DNA of 62,891 bases from a virus (taxonomy: Duplodnaviria > Caudoviricetes). The position numbers and the translations under genes were made by a program. Below, piece by piece: positions 1 through 9,500 of the stretch. Location: IMG/VR virus record IMGVR_UViG_3300027754_000089, positions 1 through 62,891 of that record; one strand, given 5' to 3'. The first letter of the stretch is position 1, and the number at the start of each line of letters is the position of its first letter. The notes beneath the pieces are model-generated. The model was not told the origin of the DNA. It made no database searches and worked only from the letters and a program-made list of their open reading frames with translations.

Positions 1-165
1 ATGAACCGCCGAGCGTTCTGTTTTAACGATCCGGGCACTGGCAAAACATTGTCAGCGCTGTGGGCTGCGGACTATTTAATGGAACGCAATGAAGTCAGGC
101 GTGTTCTTGTTCTGTGCCCTTTGTCCATCATGCACAGTGCTTGGATGGGTGACATCAATCGAAGT
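1..165 (+). repeat. Terminal overlap, copy 1
   Basis: Matches 62727-62891 except at positions 15, 18, 33, 39. Confidence 0.95.
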
Positions 166-1308
166 GTTATCCATCGCTCAGCCGTTGTTGCGCACCATTC
201 TCAAGCTAGCCGACGCATTGAGATGATTCAGCAAGACTATAAGATTGTGATTGCAAACTACGATGGACTCAACTTGATAGCAAACGAAATCAAGAACGAT
301 GGGCGATTCGATCTCGTGATTGTGGATGAGGCCAACGCATACAAGAACCCATCAACGAGACGGTGGAAGGCGCTTGCATCTATTGTGAACCCTGACACTT
401 ATCTGTGGATGATGACGGGCACGCCCGCATCACAGTCTCCTGTAGACGCGTATGGTTTGGCTAGACTCGTTAACCCAAGCGGTGTACCCAAGTTTCAAAC
501 AGCATGGCGCGATAAGGTAATGAACAAGATCAGCATGTTTAAATATGCACCCAAGCCTATGGCAAGAGAGATGGTGTACGAAGCCCTACAGCCTGCTATA
601 CGCTTTACCAAAGATCAGTGCCTCGACTTGCCCCCAGTGATAACGGTGACGCGTGAGGTGCCGATGACGCCTCAACAGGCCAAATACTACAAGCTCCTCA
701 AAGAGCAGATGATGGTTCGTACATCAGGGGAAGTCATTAGTGCAATCAATGCGGGTGTGGCGGTTAGCAAACTCTTACAGATAAGTTGTGGAGCGGCTTA
801 CACCGATGACAAAGAGGTGGTGGAGTTTGATGCCTCCCCACGCTTAAGCGTACTTGACGAAATCCTAGAAGAAACAGATCGCAAGGTCATCATCTTTGCT
901 ATGTTTAGGTCAAGCATCGACTCGATCATCAAGCATCTTGTAGGGAACGGTCATTCTGTTGGGACTATTCATGGTGACGTAACGGCAAGCAAGCGTGGGC
1001 AAATCATCAACGACTTTCAAACGACTGACAAGATCAAAGTCTTGGTGCTACAACCTCAAGCAACCGCACACGGGATTACCCTAACCGCCGCGGACACCGT
1101 TGTATTTTTTGGGCCATTGATGAGTGTAGAAATGTACACGCAGTGCATAGCGCGTGCGGATAGAAAGGGGCAAGACTCTGACAAAGTAACTGTGGTACAC
1201 ATTGAGTCAAGCCCAATAGAAAAGAAGTTGTTCAAGGCAATGGGTGAGAAAGTTTCTGACCACGCGTTGCTCGTTGGCATGTTTGATAGTGAAGTAAAAA
1301 ATATTTAA
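1..1308 (+). CDS. SNF2/SF2 helicase, C-terminal part
   Basis: Walker A PGTGKT, DEAN box, TGTP motif III, QCIARADRKGQ motif VI. Confidence 0.92.
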   Translation: MNRRAFCFNDPGTGKTLSALWAADYLMERNEVRRVLVLCPLSIMHSAWMGDINRSVIHRSAVVAHHSQASRRIEMIQQDYKIVIANYDGLNLIANEIKNDGRFDLVIVDEANAYKNPSTRRWKALASIVNPDTYLWMMTGTPASQSPVDAYGLARLVNPSGVPKFQTAWRDKVMNKISMFKYAPKPMAREMVYEALQPAIRFTKDQCLDLPPVITVTREVPMTPQQAKYYKLLKEQMMVRTSGEVISAINAGVAVSKLLQISCGAAYTDDKEVVEFDASPRLSVLDEILEETDRKVIIFAMFRSSIDSIIKHLVGNGHSVGTIHGDVTASKRGQIINDFQTTDKIKVLVLQPQATAHGITLTAADTVVFFGPLMSVEMYTQCIARADRKGQDSDKVTVVHIESSPIEKKLFKAMGEKVSDHALLVGMFDSEVKNI

Positions 1309-1316
1309 GAAAGGAG

Positions 1317-1359
1317 TTGCAAGCTGAAAATTTTATTGTATGATGTTAAACCTTAGACA
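1317..1359 (+). promoter_or_regulatory. Putative sigma70 promoter with adjacent 16-bp operator-like palindrome
   Basis: TTGCAA-16-TATGAT followed by TGTTAAACCTTAGACA. Confidence 0.55.
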
Positions 1360-1380
1360 AAAAATAAAGAGGAGAAGAAG

Positions 1381-1827
1381 ATGATAATTGATGATGAAGC
1401 CCCTCCAGTGGAGGAAACAAAAAACGAAATAGCTAACGTGTCTATGGATAAGTTAGCTAAAGTTTACCGCAAGATGTCCGCACGTGTTCAAGAGTTAACG
1501 CAAGCTTACGAGAACGAAGTTGAGCAAATAAAAGCCCAACAAGAACAAGTAAAGAATGCGCTCAAGGATATGATGTTGGCGTTAGGCGTGAGCTCTGTTC
1601 GCACAGATCAGGGCACAGTAGTGTTGTCTACCAAGACACGCTATAACACACAAGACTGGGACTCGTTTAAAACATTCATGCTTGAGCATGATGCAATTGA
1701 CTTGTTGGAAAAGCGCATTGCGCAAGGCAACATGGCAAAGTTTTTAGAAGAGAACCCCGGCCTTTTACCCCCCGGCTTAAACTCAAATACTGAGTACGCC
1801 ATTTCCGTTCGCAAACCAACTAAGTAA
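1381..1827 (+). CDS. Phage replication-module protein (coiled-coil N-terminus), function unknown
   Basis: Strong RBS GAGGAG; lies between helicase and SSB-like gene. Confidence 0.7.
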   Translation: MIIDDEAPPVEETKNEIANVSMDKLAKVYRKMSARVQELTQAYENEVEQIKAQQEQVKNALKDMMLALGVSSVRTDQGTVVLSTKTRYNTQDWDSFKTFMLEHDAIDLLEKRIAQGNMAKFLEENPGLLPPGLNSNTEYAISVRKPTK

Positions 1828-1840
1828 TTAGGAGAAGATC

Positions 1841-2071
1841 ATGTTGCATACATACCCGTTAGAAAAAGCACCTATTGTTATTGTAGGAGAAGGATTTAAA
1901 ACAGAAGAAGAAGCAGTCGCTGTATGGCACACGCTTGAGAATAAATTTGAATTTAAAGTGAAACTTATTTACAAAGGCCCCGAGTTCCCCGGAACAACGA
2001 TAGCTTTTACTTTAGAGAAGTGTGATCCCGAAGATTACAGAACGTATTATAAATTTGGTGAAATTGTTTAA
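1841..2071 (+). CDS. Hypothetical protein, AT-rich, possible moron
   Basis: RBS AGGAG; ORF exactly fills the gap between neighbours. Confidence 0.6.
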   Translation: MLHTYPLEKAPIVIVGEGFKTEEEAVAVWHTLENKFEFKVKLIYKGPEFPGTTIAFTLEKCDPEDYRTYYKFGEIV

Positions 2072-2081
2072 GGAGAAAAAA

Positions 2082-2981
2082 ATGAGCAACGTACAATTAT
2101 TTAACCCATCACAAGTACCCGCCTTTGCAAAGAACCGCAAAGAACTCTCACCCATCTCTAAAGCCCTTGCGGGTGGCTCATTAGGTGGCGGTGGCAAACG
2201 CATCTCTATCAAGGGTGGCGTTTTCCGTTTGGTCAATGGCGGTAAAGAGATCGCATCCATCGAAGATCGTCATCTGGACGTCGTGATTGTCAATGCCGCG
2301 CCTAAGATCGCACGCGTGTTTTATTTGAAGTCTTACGACGCTGAGTCTGTATCAGGCCCTGACTGCTACTCTAACGATGGCGAGACACCCGAGGCCAATG
2401 CTGTAAACAGGCAAGCTGAGAAGTGCTCCGAGTGTCCCAAGAACATCGCGGGCTCTGGTCAAGGTAACAGTCGCGCTTGCCGTTATCAACAACGTCTTGC
2501 TGTAGTACTGGCGAATGACATTAGCGGTGACGTGATGCAGTTGACATTGCCCGCGACTTCGATCTTTGGTAAAGAAGATGGAGACAAGCGACCACTACAA
2601 GCCTACGCTCGTTGGTTGGCCGCGCAGAACATCGACCCATCTGAGGTGGTGACGCGCATGAAGTTTGATACCAAGTCTGAGTCACCTAAGTTGTTCTTTG
2701 TGACAATGCGTTGGTTAACAGATGACGAGTTCCCTATTGCTACTGAAAAGGGTAAGACCGACGAAGCCGTCAAAGCCGTGACGTTTACTGTTGCCAAGAC
2801 AGATAACGTAGCACCTCCAGCACCTGTGGCTATCGCCGGTACAAAGCCAAAGAAAGTTGCACCGCCCGTAGCAGAGGAAGACGAGGAGCCAGTAGTTCGC
2901 AAAGAAGAGAAGAAGCCTAGCGCAGTACCCAAAGCCAAGGCCGCATTGTCTGATATGGTTGATGATTGGGATGATGAGTAA
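2082..2981 (+). CDS. Putative single-stranded DNA-binding/annealing protein
   Basis: ATG at 2082 after AAGGAG; Cys cluster, Pro/Lys linker, acidic tail DDWDDE; replication context. Confidence 0.6.
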   Translation: MSNVQLFNPSQVPAFAKNRKELSPISKALAGGSLGGGGKRISIKGGVFRLVNGGKEIASIEDRHLDVVIVNAAPKIARVFYLKSYDAESVSGPDCYSNDGETPEANAVNRQAEKCSECPKNIAGSGQGNSRACRYQQRLAVVLANDISGDVMQLTLPATSIFGKEDGDKRPLQAYARWLAAQNIDPSEVVTRMKFDTKSESPKLFFVTMRWLTDDEFPIATEKGKTDEAVKAVTFTVAKTDNVAPPAPVAIAGTKPKKVAPPVAEEDEEPVVRKEEKKPSAVPKAKAALSDMVDDWDDE

Positions 2982-3259
2982 TGGCATACTCACCTCAAAT
3001 TATTGAAGGTGTAAAGCTCGCGCCTAAGACGTTGGGTAACCAACTCGGGCGTTGGGCGATACATATTGACTTCCCAGTAACCAAAGTGGCCAAGGCAACT
3101 GGCGCTTCGCGTCAGTCAGTCTACAACTGGTTCAATGGTGGCGAAGTCTTCGTAGCGTACCGCCCTGCGGTACAGTCTCTCATCAACATATTAAAAACGT
3201 CGCCCACTGCGGACGAGGCTTGGAGGAAATCATGCAAGGCATTCAACCTAGACACTTAA
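2981..3259 (+). CDS. XRE/Cro-like helix-turn-helix regulator
   Basis: VTKVAKATGASRQSVYNWFNG HTH signature. Confidence 0.8.
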   Translation: MAYSPQIIEGVKLAPKTLGNQLGRWAIHIDFPVTKVAKATGASRQSVYNWFNGGEVFVAYRPAVQSLINILKTSPTADEAWRKSCKAFNLDT

Positions 3260-3417
3260 CCAACGAAGAACTTATCAGGATAAGCGCACAAGAACTAGAC
3301 GCTCTTGGTTCAATGCCTCCTAGTTTTCAACAAGAATTGCTGAGACGCTTTACTGCGCTACACCCAAAAGACGAGTTCCCTCCCAAAGACCCCCGTCAGC
3401 AAGAACTTTTCTCGTAA
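3232..3417 (+). CDS. Hypothetical protein
   Basis: GGAGG RBS before ATG 3232. Confidence 0.65.
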   Translation: MQGIQPRHLTNEELIRISAQELDALGSMPPSFQQELLRRFTALHPKDEFPPKDPRQQELFS

Positions 3418-3431
3418 CCTGAAGGATACAT

Positions 3432-6365
3432 ATGACTCCGCTTGAATTTCTAGCGGTTGTTCTACCGTCCGCGGGCTTGGGAAAATACTGCGTGGTGGAA
3501 CTGAACCAAAAACAACATGCGTATGCAGATACGATAGAGGAGCTTGCGCCATACATCAACGATTGGAACAACTATAAGTACGACATTTTCTTCGCTGTAG
3601 CTACCTTCGGGGAGTCACGCGGCGCAGACGATGCTCAGTACATCAAGTCGTTCTTTATTGATTTGGATGGCTACTCAAGCAAGAAAGAGGCGGGCTTGGC
3701 GCTAGATACCTTTATGAAGAGTACGGGTTTCGATGCGCTAGGCACACCTTGGATAGTGAGTTCGGGTGGTGGGCTACATTGCTACTGGCCGTTGACGGAT
3801 GCCATCCCTGTGGGTATTTGGAAACCTATTGCTGAGAATCTAAAAAGGTTGGCAGCACAAGAGCATTTCAAGATCGACATGACGGTAACTGCTGACGCGG
3901 CTAGGATTCTGCGTGTGCCGGGGACACAGAACTTTAAGAAGAAGTACCGCTTGCCTCGTCCTGTAAAGATACTGCAAGAGGGTGACCTGTTTAATTTAGC
4001 TGACTTCTCCAAGATCATTTATGACAAGGTGGAGGCTCCCGCACCCACACCCGTTGCGAAACCCACACCGACAAACATAGCGGGGCAACGCCCCAAGTCT
4101 TTGCAAACGGCAAGCCAAATCAAACTGATCCAAGACAGCTATACGCTCTTTGGCAACTTCGAGAACCAATGCGGTCAAGTCCAAGACTACATTGCTACGG
4201 CTCAAGAAGACGGCAAGGAACCTATATGGCGTGGTCTTTTATCTTGGGCCAAGGTGTGCGAGGACGGCGATGATAAAGCAATATGGCTCTCGGATATGCA
4301 CCCATACCCGCATGATCGGATGTACCAAAAACTCAACGAGATCAAAGGCCCATACGCTTGTATCAAGATGGACAGCGAGAACCCCGGCATATGCGAGAAG
4401 TGCCCGCACTGGGGCAAGATTACGAACCCATTGATACTGGGCAGAGAAATCAAGACCGACAACACCGCCAAAGAGATACCGTTGACGCCCGTACAAATGG
4501 TGGAATTTGATGAGACAGAACTTGACGTTGAAGAGTCTTATGAACCCGAAGAAGAAGAAAGCTTGCCCTTAGCGCCTAGCGTTACACGTCCTGAACCCCC
4601 GCGAGGATATAGTTATGGCGAACACGGTGGTGTCTACTGCACTCGATCCGAAGAAGACGAAACCACAGGCAAAAAGACAAAGAAGAACATTCAAATTCTT
4701 GAGTACGACTTTTTTGTGGTTGACTTGTTAAAGACTGAAACTGAGCATTTAATACACATGGCCGCATGTAAACCCCAAGGCGTGAAGACTCTTAACTTCC
4801 CACAAAAGTCGATTGTCAGCAGTGTCGAGACTTTAAAGTGGTTGGCCGCCGAGAACGTCTTGTCTTCGTTTGGGGGCTACGACAAAGTTTTGTATGAATA
4901 TGTTAGTGCTTGCGCACGCCAAGCTTCAACAACCAAAGAGCCTATCGTAGTTCCGTTCCAGTGTGGTTGGCAAGATGACAACTCGTTTGTCTACAACAAG
5001 AGGGTGTTCACTAAAGATGGTCGTGAGACGCGAGTCCCTATGCCCGGCCTTGAAAATATTAACAAACACACAACACCGGAGGGTGACCTTGGTGTTTGGC
5101 AACAATTATGGAAAACAATATTCATCGACAAACCGAACATGGAGACGGCCCTCGCTATCTGTTTAGATTCATTTGGATCTCCCCTAATGCGTTTTACAGA
5201 ATACGAAGGTTTTGTGTGGCACATCGGGTCAAGGTGGTCAGGCACGGGAAAGTCCCTAGTCCTAAGCGCTAAAGCCGGAGTGTGGGGTCACCCGTTGAGA
5301 TACAGGACAGGCAAGAGTACGTCACTCGTAACTCTGCAACAAAGGGCGGGGCTTTTAAACAGTATGCCCCTTTTGATTGACGAGATCACCAGTACGCAAC
5401 GAAACAATATGGAGTGGGCACCTACCTTTATCTTTGACTTTGCGGAGGGTCAGGGTAAGGAAAGGATGGAGGCGGGGGCAAACAAAGAACGCGTGAACAA
5501 CAGCGTTTGGAGGACAACCTGTACCATGACCTCCAATGAAAAGCTGACCGATTACATGGCCGGAGCCCGCAAGCATAGCTCAAATGGTGAGCTTCTGAGG
5601 ATGTTGGAGTGGACGCCTCACGTCAAACTAGAGTGGACTAAAGAGGAACGCGCCATCCTGTTGGAGATTAAACGTAATTACGGCGTAGCAGGTGAAGCAT
5701 GGGTTCGTTGGTTGGTCAGGAATCAAAAGACAGCAGATGAGGTCGTTCAAAAGATACACAAACATCTTAAGAAAGCCTTGAACTTTACCGATGACGAGCG
5801 TTATTGGCACGCGGGATGCACAGTTATCGTAGCGGCTGCCGTCCTTTTGCGGAAAGAATACGCCAATATCCTTGACGTGGAGATCAATAAAGTCATCAAC
5901 GCCTTGAAAGGTTTGGTTGAGAAAGGCCGTGCGGTTATCTTAGGTAGTGTGCGCACTGCTGAAGACGTATTGAACACCTACATCAGCGACAACTACGGCA
6001 ACTTCGTGGTCATCAAGAAGGCAGATGGCCGCCTACTGGCCTCATGGGGGGAGGATGGCGTGGTCGATAAGTCGATCACAAGGTCTAAAGTTCTTGGGCG
6101 GGTGGAGCATGGGCTTATGCGTCCGGGCTACCGCGAGTTCTTTATTGAGGAAGGGATGTTGAAGAAACATTGCGTGAGCATGAGCTTTGGCTACGACGAG
6201 TTCAAGTCGCAGATGGAGTCCTTGTTTAGCGTGACCTACATCAAGAAAGACATGTTGTCCAAGACCAATGGCCCACTGATGCGCGTGAACGTGATGCACA
6301 TTAGCTTTAAAGAAGAAGTGTTTGATGGTAATACAATATCCTTGGACACTCCTAAAGAAGGGTGA
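3432..6365 (+). CDS. Primase-helicase (AEP/RepB-like primase, Cys-rich linker, DUF927-like and P-loop helicase)
   Basis: FFIDLDG, SSGGGLHCYW, RILRVPGT primase motifs; CEKCPH; SGTGKS Walker A and LLIDE Walker B. Confidence 0.85.
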   Translation: MTPLEFLAVVLPSAGLGKYCVVELNQKQHAYADTIEELAPYINDWNNYKYDIFFAVATFGESRGADDAQYIKSFFIDLDGYSSKKEAGLALDTFMKSTGFDALGTPWIVSSGGGLHCYWPLTDAIPVGIWKPIAENLKRLAAQEHFKIDMTVTADAARILRVPGTQNFKKKYRLPRPVKILQEGDLFNLADFSKIIYDKVEAPAPTPVAKPTPTNIAGQRPKSLQTASQIKLIQDSYTLFGNFENQCGQVQDYIATAQEDGKEPIWRGLLSWAKVCEDGDDKAIWLSDMHPYPHDRMYQKLNEIKGPYACIKMDSENPGICEKCPHWGKITNPLILGREIKTDNTAKEIPLTPVQMVEFDETELDVEESYEPEEEESLPLAPSVTRPEPPRGYSYGEHGGVYCTRSEEDETTGKKTKKNIQILEYDFFVVDLLKTETEHLIHMAACKPQGVKTLNFPQKSIVSSVETLKWLAAENVLSSFGGYDKVLYEYVSACARQASTTKEPIVVPFQCGWQDDNSFVYNKRVFTKDGRETRVPMPGLENINKHTTPEGDLGVWQQLWKTIFIDKPNMETALAICLDSFGSPLMRFTEYEGFVWHIGSRWSGTGKSLVLSAKAGVWGHPLRYRTGKSTSLVTLQQRAGLLNSMPLLIDEITSTQRNNMEWAPTFIFDFAEGQGKERMEAGANKERVNNSVWRTTCTMTSNEKLTDYMAGARKHSSNGELLRMLEWTPHVKLEWTKEERAILLEIKRNYGVAGEAWVRWLVRNQKTADEVVQKIHKHLKKALNFTDDERYWHAGCTVIVAAAVLLRKEYANILDVEINKVINALKGLVEKGRAVILGSVRTAEDVLNTYISDNYGNFVVIKKADGRLLASWGEDGVVDKSITRSKVLGRVEHGLMRPGYREFFIEEGMLKKHCVSMSFGYDEFKSQMESLFSVTYIKKDMLSKTNGPLMRVNVMHISFKEEVFDGNTISLDTPKEG

Positions 6366-6558
6366 GGGCTTCTTTATTCCAAGCCTTGACTTAGAAAAGA
6401 CGAGGGAACTGGGGCTACGCGCCTCAGTTCGCCATCGCATCAAGTCTCACGCTCGGTTCGGGATCAAGGAAGGGCGGATTGGCGTGTGGTTTTATCGAGA
6501 TTTTCCCGCATCGTATTTGCGAACCGAATCTTCATCTGACGAACCTCATCCAACTTAG
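6325..6558 (+). CDS. Small hypothetical protein, last gene of plus arm
   Basis: YPWxxLKKGEGFFIP...GVWFYR pattern typical of small phage proteins; overlaps both neighbours. Confidence 0.55.
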   Translation: MVIQYPWTLLKKGEGFFIPSLDLEKTRELGLRASVRHRIKSHARFGIKEGRIGVWFYRDFPASYLRTESSSDEPHPT

Positions 6559-9500
6559 AACGCTTATCTTCTCCTGACATGCTGGTTGAGCGTATTGCAT
6601 TCTCGTACGCAGTCAAGTCACGCATGGTGGATGTGTAATAGTCAGACATAGATGCCATCATGTAATCATTGCTACGGGTTTGAACCAAGCGCATGGCCTC
6701 GGCTTTCTCACCTTTGGTAATGAGATCATCCACAGTAGTCTCAAGCTTTTTCAAGTCCGCTAGCTTGTCGTAAACGCTTGTAATAATCCCGCCCGCATCA
6801 TTGGGTTGGAACAGACCGCCAACAACAGGCGTCTCAGACAAACGCTTATACGCTTTCTCTGGTGATTCCCCCGTTGGTACGCCCATGCTGACCGCTTGTG
6901 CAAAAGCCAAACCCATCGTGCCGGTATAACCACGAATCAACTCGTCCAACTTAATTGGAGAAACACCCGCTACTTTGCCAATCAATTTAGATACCTCAGT
7001 TGTATTGGCTCTAAACTGATATTCGGGCATTAGCGCGGCCTCATGGGGCGTAAGAGTATCTCTACCTGTATAGAACGACTTGCCCAATCCTGCTTCAATA
7101 GCTGGACGCAGTGCTTGGGGAATACCGTAAGACGTACCGCCGGGGATGGTCTGCAACAAGATTTGTTCAAACGCTTTCACAGCTTCTTCTCCGCCGTGCT
7201 TGTTCTTCATGGTGTTGTACAACGCCTCGGGCAAAGCCTTAAAGATGTAACCAATCTCAAAAGGAATTGGCAAACGAATAGGTTCGTCTACGCCGGGGAT
7301 ACGAATAAACCAGTTGCCGTACTTTTGTTCTGGCGTGGCATTCTTGTACGCCTCGTCATCTTGCATCATGTTTGCGTAGGCCAGAGTACCCGCCGCAACC
7401 ATCAAACCTCGTGTCAACAATTTCTCTTGAATCTTTAAGCGTTCATTGAACGGAAGCTTTCCTGTCAACGCTTTGTACAACACGTTCATGGATTGAATCT
7501 GCGCGTTAAAGAAAGGAATCATAGCGTTCATCCAATGCACGCTAGGTGATGCTCCGCGCTTGTTAAAGTTCATAGACTCAAGCGACATTAGCGTGGCTTC
7601 CATTTCAGAAAGACCTTGCTTAATGTAGCTGTTGTATTGTGCGCGGCGTGTAGCGGCATCGGCTTCCATGTTAATTGCTTCGGCTTTGGCAATAAGTTGT
7701 GACCAGTTTGATCTACCGGCAGTGATGTCTTTAAGAATCTTGGTCAAGTCTTCGCTTGTACCCGTAAAGATTTGACCGCCTGTAATACCACGCTTTTCAA
7801 GTATTTCTTTTGTTGGACTGCCGATCTCTCTTATTGCTCCCATCACAGGGGTAAAGTCAGCACCGGCCAATAAAGGTGCGGCAACTGAGTCACGGAACAA
7901 CTGCTTTGCCGCGTATAGAGGCGATAGTGTCACGGCTTTACGCAACAACTGTGCGGGAGCGGCAAGCAAACGCATCATGGCGGGCATCTGTGTTGGGATA
8001 CCTTCCATGCCTTTGACCAATATGTCAGCAGGAATGCCTACTTGATCGGTGTCAATAAGCGCATACTTGTCTTGGCCGTTGTCTTTAAACTTAACCACAT
8101 CAGGGCCGGACGTTGATCTGCCCCCGCCAATTTTAGCCAAGCCCATGTTGGCCAATTCAAACACAGCGTTCTTTGTGGCTAAGTTGCGTAAGCCCATGTC
8201 CGCAAGCATGTTGGTGTTTTGCACCGAGCTTGTCATAAAGTCTAGGATAGGTTCATCACCGCCAACCAACTCTTGCAAGTAGGGTTGCTCAGCAATGCTA
8301 CCAATGCGCACGGGTGTTTCGCTACCAATAACCAACTCAGCTACGCCGTTGCGTTGACGATACCAAGGAATGTAATCGTTTTCTTTTAACAAATTAGCGG
8401 CGTGCTCTTTAGATATAGCGCCAGTTTGTACCAAGAAGTTGATAAGGTTTTTGTTATACCCGTTGTATTCATGGCGGGCGGCTTCAAAAATCTTTTTAAG
8501 ACCGGGGGTATTTTCCACGGCTTTAACTGCGGCGGCCAAATCAGCTTCTGTCACTCGGCCATTAAAGTTTAGAGAACCAATGCCTTTATCTTTAACGCGA
8601 ACAGCCGACATGTACAATGTAAATAATCTGTTTACAGCTTCTCCATTGCCAACCAAAGGCGTGGCTTCTTTCAAAGTCTCCACGACTCCTTTTAGGCTAT
8701 CGCCCTCAGTGGCTTCAATCAAGTATTCTTTTTTGCCATCAGCACGGATTTTCTCAACTATCTGAGGTGCACCCCTAGCAACAGACTGTGCTACAAAGTT
8801 CATGCGCTGATCGTACATGCGCAAATAGAACATCATTTGTGAACCACGCAAAGGTTCCATCAGTTTAGATAGCTTTTCAAACCCAGCAAAACGATCCACA
8901 AATTGTGTCTCTAGGCCGAGCCACCCGCCGGAGGCGGCTTGAACGCGTTGCTTGATATTCTTTTGTTTGGCAACAAACTGGTCAGCAATATGCCCCGCCG
9001 CGGCAAGTTCTGCTGAAACATATTTAGGTTTTACAGAAAATAATAATTCTCCTACTTCAGGCAATTCATTTTCTGCAATTTCTCCGTTTTCTTTTTTGGG
9101 TAGTTTATCTATTGTAGCAACAAGCTGTGAACGCACATTTAAAACAGCCGCTTGTAATTTTTCAACTGCGTCAGGTTTGCTTTTTAACAAATCTATTAAA
9201 GATTCAGTAGAATCCCCGTTGCCGTAACTTTCCCAATGTAGATGCGAGTACAGGCTTTCTTTACCTTCTATATCGGAATCCGCGTTGTACAACGCTTCAG
9301 CAAATACATCGTTATCTATATCAAAAGAATATTGTTTTACTATGTTTCGTAAAGCCGGAGTTTTAGCCATGCCTATCGCAGTGCTAAACCATGAGTCAGC
9401 GGCATTTAGTGTTGCGTTAAACAGTTTTGCTTTAGCGTCAAGCGACATACCCATGTTAACTGCGGGTAACTGCATTCCACCAACCGCGGCTACTGCCCCA

